This document shows positions 53,885 through 64,000 of a stretch of 64,000 nucleotides of DNA, piece after piece (within the stretch, counting starts at the first letter, position 1; the number at the start of each line of letters is the position of its first letter). Location: contig OZ024742.1 in the NCBI GenBank assembly GCA_964016885.1, forward strand, positions 141,794,001 to 141,858,000, given 5' to 3'. A program made the translations under genes and the position numbers. This DNA is from Eledone cirrhosa (lineage: Eukaryota). The notes below the pieces were generated by a model. That model was not told the origin of the DNA and did not search any database. It worked only from the letters and a program-made list of their open reading frames with translations.

Positions 53885-56800
53885 GTCAACGCGATCAGTC
53901 GCATATTTTGGCGTGGAAGACTATTTATTAAATTTAAGATGAATACTATCTCCGACAATAATGCCACAACTACAGTCATGTTGAATAACTGGTTATTCTT
54001 CTAACTATATCTTCTGAAGACACCTTTTATTCGAATTCGGAGAGATATCCGACTAAATACATAATTGATTGTACAAGGATATGCTACAAACAGCATGGCT
54101 GAACACAACATCAACAACAAAATTAAGGAAATACCGAAGACAAATAACAAGGAAGGTAAACAAACTTTATTCAGTTGTAGCTACAGAAGAAACCGAAATT
54201 ATAAATCGCATTTCTCTTGCGAACTTAATGATTTATTTAATTGTTATAAAATGGCAAAAAACAATCCCTCCATTGGCTATATGAACAGAATGAAGCTACA
54301 CTGGGACGAAATACACCCAGAGCTAAATTATTTCACAGCGAAACAATTACGCCAACAAGCGACGTTTGTTGAACGTAAAAATAAGATAAATAATATTAAT
54401 TGTAAGTCACCCACAACAAACATGTTATCAACAACATGTGCTACAGGTCGACATGCTACTAGACTTCCTAGCAGCCAGGTCGAACAGCGCCTTGAAACAA
54501 CTATGCCTGTAAGAAACTTGACACCACCTGTACCATCTAAGTCTAACTCGAATGCTGGGGAAAACACTATCGATAATAATAATAATCGAAGAAATTTGAC
54601 ACCACGTGTACCATCCGAGTCTACCTCGACTGTTGTGGAAAATACTATCGATAATGATAATAATCAAAAGTATAAACAATTGAAATTTTCCCTCAACGAA
54701 ATATTCCAGAGAGAAATTAATTCATGTATAAATATCTCTCTTGCTGAACGTGTTAAAATGACAATGTTTAATAAAAAACCAAATAATGAAATATTACGTG
54801 TTATGAATATTTACGACGGATAAAACCCCCAACATTTTGGCAAATCAACGCCTGTTTATATACCTTAGCAACGACAGTGAAGCATTATCTTGGTGAGAGC
54901 AGAGATATTAACAAGAACAGAACACCACCAAAAATACCATCATATATAACTAAAATAGAAAAAAAGAGTGCTGTCCTACGAAAAAACATAGGACATGTGA
55001 TAATGCTCCTTACATGCAAACAAACACAAAAAAACCTCACTCCTCACCAACAAAGAGTAAAAAATAAAATAGAGACGATGTTTGGTAACAGTAGAACTAG
55101 AACTCTCCAATATAAGCTGATCACACTCAAACAAGAATTGAGAGCTGTTAGCCAAAAACGCCGATACCTGAAGAGGATAGATGAGAGAAAAGTGCTTAAT
55201 AAAAGATTCAGACGAAACCAAACATCAGTCTATAGAGATATGAAGGACAAAATGATAAGTGTCACTGAGGCCCCATCCCAGAAAGACATAGATTCTTTTT
55301 GGAGCAACATATGGGATGAAAAGAAGAATTTCAACCAAGATGCAGTGTGGCTAAGAGAAATCCGAAAGAATTATTTCTCCTACACTACAACAAAAACATA
55401 CGAAATAAGTGAGGGTACCCTTGAGACTGTGATAGGAAAACTCCAAGATAAGAAAACACCAGGAAGAGACAATGATTGTTGGCTACTGGTACAAAAACTG
55501 ATATTCTATCGTAGGTATCTTACTGGCCTCTACCAACAAGTTCTTAAGGAAGATACACTTATACCAGAATGGTTGACATTAGCACAAAGATTACTGGTCC
55601 CCAAGAACAAAGACACCCACTTGGCAAAAAACTACCGACCCATTGCATGCCAGAACCTGATGTATAAGATGTATATAGTCTGCCTGAACCTATTCCTCCA
55701 AGATCACTGTGAAAATAATAGTTTCTACTTTTGGCACAAGGCCAGCTAAATTACCCAGTGCATTACTGGTACTTTATTTTATCTACCCCGTAAGGATGAA
55801 AGGCAAAGTTAACCTCGGCAGGATTTGAACTCAGAATGGCTAGGGCCGTAACTCTGTGCGTCAAAGCATGGCGTCCGACCCTCTACCGATACTGCCAATC
55901 CACCGATCACTGTGAAAATAATAGCATCATCACAGATGAACAAGCAGCTGGAAAGAAAGGGGTTTGGGGATGTGCTGAACAACTCCTAATCAACAAAACT
56001 GCGATGTCGTAGGTGCGACAACTTAGGAGGAATATGACTACAGTCTGGCTGGACTACAGGAAAGCTTTCGATTCTGTTCCCCACTCTTAGATGATAGAGG
56101 TCTTCCAACTTGTTAAAGTCCCAGATATTATTGTCAGAGCCATAGAGAGGTTGTCTTCTTCTTGGGCTACTATCCTAAGGTTAAATACAGAGAGGGAGGA
56201 CTCTATTTTCACTGATAAAATAAAATATTGCAGGGGTATATTTCAGGTGGACAGTCTCTCTGTGATATTATTCATCTTGTCATTAAACCCCTTGTCCTTT
56301 CTGCTCAAAAAATGTGAGGGATACATCATTGGCTCACAGGAGGACAGAAATACGAACCTAACCCATAATTTCTTTGTGGACGATCTGAAACTCTATGCCA
56401 AGAACATGGATGGGATGAAGAAAAATCTTGACCTGGTTACAACGTTCTAAAAAGGATATAGGAATGGAGTTTGGCCAAGATAAATTCTCATACATGACTG
56501 TAAAGCAGGGAAAAACAACCCAATCTAGCAACATTGTCATCAATGACCTAACTGACGAGGACTGCTACAGATACCTGGGGATAGATGAGAACATATCCTA
56601 TAATGGTATGTGTAATAAAGAACGCGTAACCAGGGAATACTACACCCGATTAAAAAAGATCTGGTCATCGGAACTCTCTGCGCAAAACAAAACAGTGGCT
56701 CACAATGTGATTGCTGTGCCTGTCCTAACACCAACGTTTGGAATACTCAATTGGACGATAGACGAAATCCGAGTAGTTGATGTTGGATCTCGAAAAACAC

Positions 56801-57823
56801 ATAACAACATCGGAAACTTCCACATCAACAGTGACATAGACCGCTTTACTTGAAACGTAAGCAGGGAGGCAGATGACTAACATCAGTCCAGACAACATTT
56901 GAATGTCGCATCATATCTCTGCGACATCTACGAACCGCTAAGCGTAGGAGCCCGTTTCTCGAGCAAGTCTATCTGCATGAAACAGATAAGATCATGAGAG
57001 TTAGGAAGGAACTCCTCGAGAGATTCCCTGTGTGATAATCAAAAACTCACACCCAGGGAAGTCGCTCACCAGTATCGCAGTGAATTCATGGATGAAAAGC
57101 TACATACTTATCAGCAAAAAATCATGCATGGATATGTTGCCAGGAAGCTCCAGAGTGAGAGTAATATAGATAAGGAAAGTAGTCTATCTTGGACCAACAA
57201 CCGCTATATTGGCTCCCACTTTGAAGGATACGCTTTTGCAATCCAAGAACAGGAGATTAACACGAAATACCTAATTCACAAAAGAGATAGGGATGCAGGC
57301 AAAACACCTGGGATGTGATAACAAGGGCAGACTCTGCAGAACTAACATCGAGGATATCACCCATGTCATCAGCAGCTGTCCAAAGATGTCATCGCGGTAC
57401 TATCTAGCTATGAAGCATGATGTAGTGGCCAAAACACTGTACAATGCAGTTCGTAAAAAAGATAGCCCCGATAATATGTTAGTAACTGCCTCAATACAAA
57501 TCTTCAAGGCTTCACAAGAAGAGAAAGAACACAACTAGTTAGGAAATTACAAGTACAATCCATTAATGGAACAGTAAAAATATGTAAAACATTCCAAATA
57601 TTTTGCATCTAATAACTGCATATGCACATGTACACATGCACACATACAACTCAAAACATACACATCCACACATACAATAACATCCATATCTACACATGCA
57701 AGCATGCATGCATAATCTACCTAGTTGATGTTGTGTAAATTCCAATGAGAGAGTCTTGTGTCTATGTTAGAAACCGACTCTCTCTCTATTGGTAAAACTT
57801 TGTGAAATTATAAAACCAGAAGG
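53885..57823 (+). mobile_element. Near full-length R4/Dong-like LINE inserted in (TACA)n; single ORF now disrupted
   Basis: N-terminal GYMNRMKLHWDEIHP...LRQQ. RT motifs NYRPIAC, EQLLINK, WLDYRKAFDSVPH, RGIFQVDSLS, FFVDDLKLYAK, YRYLGI. C-terminal RLCR...HVISSC. Part of the RLE domain is deleted near 57475. (TACA)n at 53815-53884 and after about 57829. Confidence 0.9.
55722..55904 (-). mobile_element. SINE nested in the R4-like RT with a 20-bp TSD
   Basis: gatcactgtgaaaataatag at 55702-55721 and 55905-55924. Confidence 0.93.
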
Positions 57824-58033
57824 ACACGTACATACATACTTACATAAATACATATATACATACATAGGTGATGAGAAAGACATACAAATATACAAACACA
57901 CACATACATGCGCAAAAGTATTGACGAATTTATTAGTATTCATATACTAATGTGTGCTTCTCAACATTCTTTCCTATACACACATAGATATATATGTGTG
58001 TACACATACAAATATCTATCCGCCCATACATAT

Positions 58034-58123
<90 letters not shown>

Positions 58124-58125
<2 letters not shown>

Positions 58126-59245
58126 TGGCTGCCAACTCGTATTCGAGTACGGCCACTACTTTATATCTATGTACAAAAACAAGTCAACATCATTGGATAC
58201 CATCAGGGTTGCAGGTGTTATATTAGAGTTTTCTTTCTCCTAGAATTCTGCCTTGACAAAGGCTAAGGGGTCATCTCTCCCGGTGATTTTGGATGGCCAT
58301 TGACTCTTAAGAGCTCCTTTGCTCTTTGACAGGTTTTGTTTTTAGTCCTGCAGGATGCCAAAGTGACACTCCTCACCAAGAAACCTTGGTGGGGTTGCCA
58401 GTTTAGTCGCCAACGACCCGACCATGAGACAGGTTGTACTGGGATACATGTTACCAGTAGCACCAACTGGTGATTTGACATATATATATATACATATATA
58501 TATGGTGGCTGCCAACTCGTTTTCGAGTACGGCCACTACTTTATATCCATGTAGGAGAACCCCTACCGATGCGCTGAACGAGTGTGACTTTTTAGTCCAG
58601 CCAGCGACTTGAAAACTCTAGTACAAACACTACACCCGTGACAATTATTGACACATAGTGCTGGGCCCATGTACCCTGTGACGACAAGTGCAGAGAGATC
58701 TCCAGATATAAAGCAATGCCTGTGCTGTGAAGCTTTTATAGTGAGCAAAGGCACTGCACAAAGTCAGTCCCACTCTCTTAACCAAGATGATATTTACCAA
58801 AAAGAAGAACAAGTCAACATCATTGGATACCATCAGGGTTGCAGGTGTTATATCATATATATGGTGGCTGCCGACTCGTTTTCGAGTACGGCCACTACTT
58901 TGTCAAGGCAGAATTCTAGGAGACGGAAAACTCTGATATAACACCTGCAACCCTGATGGGATCCAATGATGTTGACTTTTTCTTCTTTTTGGTAAATATC
59001 ATCTTGATTAAGAGAGTGGGACTGGCTTTGTGCAGTGCCTTTGCTCACTATAAAAGCTTCACGGCACAGGCATTGCTTTATATCTGGAGATCTCTCTGCA
59101 CTTGTCGTCACATGGTACCATGGGCCCAGCACTGTGTGTCAATAATTGTCACAAGTGTAGTGTTTGTACCAGAGTTTTCAAGTCGCTGGCTGGACTAAAA
59201 AGTCACACTTGTTCAGAGCATCGGTAGGGGTTCTCCTACATGGAT
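58124..59245 (-). mobile_element. Rearranged cluster of the non-autonomous RTE derivative
   Basis: Minus-strand copies at about 58124-58479 (internally deleted), 58504-58850 and 58863-58900, then an inverted plus-strand segment at about 58898-59245. Confidence 0.82.
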
Positions 59246-59904
59246 ATATATATATACATACATACTTACATACATTATGTAATGCACATGGATGTGCACA
59301 TAAACACAGACATTCATATAAAATAAATATGCGCTAGCATACATACAGTACATGGTTACACACATACATACACACATACATACACATACATACACATACA
59401 TACACATACATACACATACATACACATACATACACATACATACCCACACTTGCATAGAAAGATAGATATTCAAATACAACAAGCACAAGCAAAGACAAAC
59501 AACTATACATGCATCACATGTGTTACAATAATGCATATATTACGGTTGTGCCTTGTATCACAATTCACGATCCCTTTGAAGCATTCTACGCTCTATTGGT
59601 TTTATGAGGTGATAGAAGAAAGGTTCTCCCACTATATATTATGTAATCCGTGACCAATTGCTTTCAGAGCAGTGTAATATCTTTTATAATTAGTGCCTTT
59701 TATGCACCAATTTCTTCCGCTTCTGTGAAAGTTATATGGATGGCATTTTGAACAGCGATTACAACAATGGTTGTTGTGAAAACAACAAAAATATAAAAAT
59801 AAACAACAACACAATCAATACAAGCTGGAAAGAAAGTAACAGTATCTTCTAAAGTTGTATGGTGATCCAGGATTTCTTTTGTATTAAAGGGAGAACGGGG
59901 GGGG

Positions 59905-59960
<56 letters not shown>

Positions 59961-60035
59961 AAGGGTGGAAACAGAGAGTGAAACTGTGAGCGAGAGAGAG
60001 GGAAACGGGAGAGACAAAGAAAGGAAGAAAGGAAC

Positions 60036-60102
<67 letters not shown>

Positions 60103-61179
60103 AATTAAAGTGTCTCTACATAGGAAATGCAATTTATTTGTTTATTTATTTGTTGCCATCATTGACATATATGTATGTAGAGCGACAAATAAAATGAAGC
60201 TGCTGGCGTAACAGTTGTTGGCATTTCCGAGCTTGCAACTAGCTTATCTTCCGTATAGAAAAATTATTCATTTATAAAATCTCTTGACCCCTTGCCATCC
60301 ACAAAAAACTATGTATTTCTCTGTATTATATTCCTCTTTAAATTCTGGAGAATTAAACTGATTAATTCGCCTATCGGTCGCCTGGGACTGAAATTGTTTT
60401 CCATCAACCCCGAATGAATGCAAAGAAAAGTTGACTCCGACGGATCTGAACACAGAGCGCAGAAATCTGGAAGATATCGCGAGACATTTTGTGCTACGCT
60501 CTAATGATTCCGCCACTATGATAGAAATAGTAAACATCTGTTGTTTACAAGTAGTACTATGTTTATCTATAAAGTAAATACAAGACAACATTGATACATT
60601 ACTGCTATCCCTTGATTTGTGGGGAAATATTCTGATAAAACTTTCACTGAGCTCTACTAAAGCTATCACTCTATCAAACATTTATTAATTATAATTCTGG
60701 TTCTTTCGAGCTTTCATGCTAATATATTAAAATCAGCTACATCAGAATTTGTTCTTTTACTTTTTAGTCAGGGAGATAAAAAGCAAGGTTCTTGTCCATG
60801 ACAATGTTCAGAAAGTGGTGGCAAGTATTGTGGGAGAGAGGAGCAGGCATTCTCTCCAAACCGAAGATCTGGTTCGAAAGCTTACAACAGAGTGAACTCT
60901 ACAAAGACACCCAGGAGCTCGGAGGTGGCGTTAAAACGGGCATCAGATTAAATCTAGCACCCAATTAGTACACAGTGGGATTTGAACTCTGAACCTCAAC
61001 ACATTGTGTAAATACTGCAGTGAAACTGACCCGACACCCTAACGATTCCTCCACTCGATTTATAATTTTATATAGCACAGCGCAGAGACCTAGAACAAAA
61101 ACCGGCAGGAGTTTTGTCCTACGCTTAGTCGATTCTGCGAATCACCGACTGAATTCACAGCTGCATGGTATTTAAGGTG

Positions 61180-61560
61180 TTTTGTCAGGCTACTTACTCT
61201 TCGCACCGGTCGCCGTCGAGAGCTCAGGCCCCGTACTCGGACCCCGTACTACCGAGCTCCTCTGCAAGATCGGAACGTCAACAGCCCGTCTGAGGAAGGA
61301 GCCCCGCGATGTGGGGTGGCTGTTTCAGCCGGTGTCGCTGGGTATTGTCCGCGGGAATGCTTTTACGATCGTGTCTGCGAGATGCAGCACCAACACCCCC
61401 ACGCCTTAGACCCAGATGCCATCACTCGCCCCTTCCCCTCCCAATCTTCTGTGGCCTTAGAACTCTTGCCTTTCCCTTCATTTTCCGTATTTGTAGTGTT
61501 TTTCTAATTATCTTATAGTCATTCATTCATGTAGTTACTCATTTATAATTTTATTAAAGA
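61180..61560 (+). mobile_element. C-terminal restriction-like endonuclease fragment of a CRE-like non-LTR element
   Basis: FAPVAVESSGPVLG...EPRDVGWLFQPVSLGIVRGNAFTI resembles the F.P.A.E..G..G ... L.QR.S..(Q)RGNA C-terminus typical of CRE-clade elements. GC-rich island. Confidence 0.65.
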
Positions 61561-61994
61561 AATGTTCCTGTATAATCATTAATTGGCAGCAGCAGTTCGC
61601 AATATATGCAAATCAACATTTCCAGCCAATATTTTTTATTTCCTATATACAAATGAACACTTCCAGCAAATGTTCATAATGAAAAAATATTTCTTCTTTG
61701 ATAACGACGTACTCATATATTTATTGTATATATTCATATAGCATATGCTTTCATATATACCCTAGATAATAATTATCACTATTATATATATTTATATTAT
61801 TTATTTTTATTACTTTTTGTTGTAATATTCTGCTTCGCAAATTGAAAGTTTGAAGAAAATGGACGTAAATTAAATTCCGTTGACATCATCTTCTGACTAC
61901 ATTAGAATCAAATCTGTCTCACCCCCCCCCCTCTCTTTCTCTCTCTCGCTCTCCCGTTCTCTCTCTCTCGCTCTCACACACACATATATATATA

Positions 61995-64000
61995 ATAATA
62001 ATGATAATGAAATTATTGTGTAAAGTGCTCAGGTGCACTACAACTCGTCAAAGGTGTATGTATAGTACATAGAATAATACACAAATGTCAGGGAAGTGAA
62101 TAGTGTATGAGCCATGGTATTCATGCGTGTATGTGTATGGAGGGGGAACATTAGCTGTAGTGTTGGCGGATCTCGGGAAGCATGGAGGCCTTAAAGGATG
62201 CAGTGTCTCGACAGTTAACAACAGATGCAAGTAGTTTGTTCCATGCTTCAGCAACTCTGAACGTGAAAAAATGTTTCCGAAAGTCATGGGAACTGTGCTG
62301 TTTTCTGACTTTGTGGGCATGTCCACGTGTGTTAGACACATGGAAATCAAAAAGGTACTCAGGGTTGTTGTTGGCAAGATGGTTAACAATTTTGTGAGTG
62401 TTTACCAAGTCAGTTGCCAGGCGTCGGAGCTTCAATGTATCCATGCCCAGGGAAGCAAGGCGCTCAGAGTATGGTAGATGCCTGATGGAGGGTATTCGCT
62501 TGGTTGCACGTCTCTGAACATTTCCCAGGCGGTCAATTTTCTGAGCAAGATAGCGGTTCCAGACTGGTGATGCAAATTCTAAGTGTGGCCGCACCATAGC
62601 CATGTACAGCCTTAAATAGATATCTGGAGAGCGGCTGACAAAGGTCTTGCTGAGTGATGCTAAGACACCCTCGGCCCTCTTGACAATTTTAGAGACGTGC
62701 TTTGTCCAATGCAAATCGCTGCTGACCATAATGCCCAGGTCATGTTCACAAGAAGACTTCTTGATATTAGTGCTGTGGAGGGGGTATGTGGACGCTGGGT
62801 TTTTACTCCCAAAATGCATGGTGGTGCACTTGTCCGCAGCTAGCTTGAGTTGCCAGTCTGAGATCCATTGTTGCAATGTGTCCAGGTCAGACTGCAAGCA
62901 TGATCTATAGTGTTAAGGATTTGTCCTTTTTATCTCAAGGTACTGCTTGATGTCATCTGCGTACTTAGTACCGTGGCATTCTTTAAGTTGGCATCTATGT
63001 CATTAATATATGCCACAAACAAAAGGGGGCCAAGAACAGGTCCCTGTGGTACACCAGATGACATCTCATATGGTGAGGAATGCTGTCCCAGAACCGTGAC
63101 TACCTCTCTTCGACTGAGAATGAAGGACTTCAACCAGTTAAAAAGATCATCCTTCACACCCATTGTAGAGCGTTTTGCCATAAGCCTTTTGTGTGGCACA
63201 GAATTGAAGGCTTTCGCAAAGTCAAGGTAAACAACATCCACCCATGAGCCGCCATCAGTGATCCGGGTGATATCCTCAAGAAACTGTATAAGTTGATCAC
63301 AGCAGCTGGAGTTGGGGATAAATCCAAATTGCGAGGGCCGGATAAGACTGTGAGAGCTCCAGAAGTTCCAAAGTGTTTCTCTGACACAGGATCCCATCAG
63401 TTTGGCGATGCAGCTAGTAAGACTGACTGGACGATAGTTCACAGGTGATGTGCGGTCACCCTTTTTGAACAGAGGAATAACACTGGCAGTTTTCCACTGT
63501 TCTGGAGTAGCACCGTTGTTCAGACAGAATTGGAAGAAGCGTGATAACTGGTGCAGAAGGAAGTACCAACCACGTTTAAGAAGCAGGTATGTAACACCAT
63601 CAAAACCAGGAGAGGCATGTTTGCGTTTACTTTTTAGGTGACGTCGCAGCATTGCAGGTGTAAATTCCATGGTTGTAATAGAGTCCGGTGTCATAGGTGG
63701 TGGAGATGGTACACTCTGGTCTTCAATAGTGAAAATGCCTGCATAGCATTCAGCAATGAGCTCTGCGCATTCCTTGGAGTCGTCAGTAACCTGGCTTGTG
63801 TGGGGATTGCGAAGAGGACCAACTGGAGAGTGAGGCATCTGCTTTGAGTGAACATACTTCCAGAACACCTTACTGCCAGGGCTGGTTGCTATGCACTGCT
63901 CAAATTGAAGCACTGCCTTTTTTGTCACCTGTTTGAGGTGGTTGGACGATCTATTTCGCCTCTTCCTATTAATGTCTGATTTGTGAAGTTTGTACTCATG
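61995..64000 (-). mobile_element. CR1-group LINE (RT and C-terminus), running off the window
   Basis: SPGFDGV, NYRPVSLTS, DVVYLDFAKAFNSVPH, SGVPQGPVLGPLLFVAYIND, frameshifted KYADD, VRPHLEFASPVW, VQRRATK, YSERL. (TAT)n-like tail near 61995. Confidence 0.92.

Noticed and set aside
53885-54060. Ribozyme at the 5' end of the R4-like element (contains CUGAAGA)
   Set aside because: No GAAA/UH with closing helices, and I could not build an HDV-like fold.
59690-59890. Hydrophobic peptide on the minus strand resembling a transmembrane segment
   Set aside because: The hydrophobicity comes from TTG/TT-rich low-complexity sequence next to (GA)n; no supporting gene structure.

Overview
AT-rich, microsatellite-dense animal DNA, most likely a cephalopod (Octopus-like), inferred from the tRNA-derived SINE family and the repeat landscape. 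I found no credible host gene. Most ORFs in the track are microsatellite artefacts. Protein-coding content is all from non-LTR retrotransposons: a near full-length Tx1/L1-type LINE in (TTA)n (24162-30192), RTE copies, three R4/Dong-like restriction-endonuclease LINEs in (TACA)n plus an older fragment, a CR1-group LINE at the right edge, and a CRE-like C-terminal fragment. There are also many SINEs and a repeated ~610-bp non-autonomous RTE derivative. The most interesting layer is invisible in the ORF track. More than a dozen type I hammerhead-ribozyme (HHR) motifs (CUGANGA...GAAA...UH, usually with a palindromic helix III) lie in short non-coding modules between (TA)n tracts. One module forms a three-unit ~475-bp tandem array with one intact-looking HHR per unit and a conserved octamer + TATA upstream, resembling a retrozyme or Penelope pLTR. 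Many modules are fold-back inverted duplications whose breakpoints fall inside the ribozyme. All RNA folds were derived by eye and need computational and biochemical confirmation.
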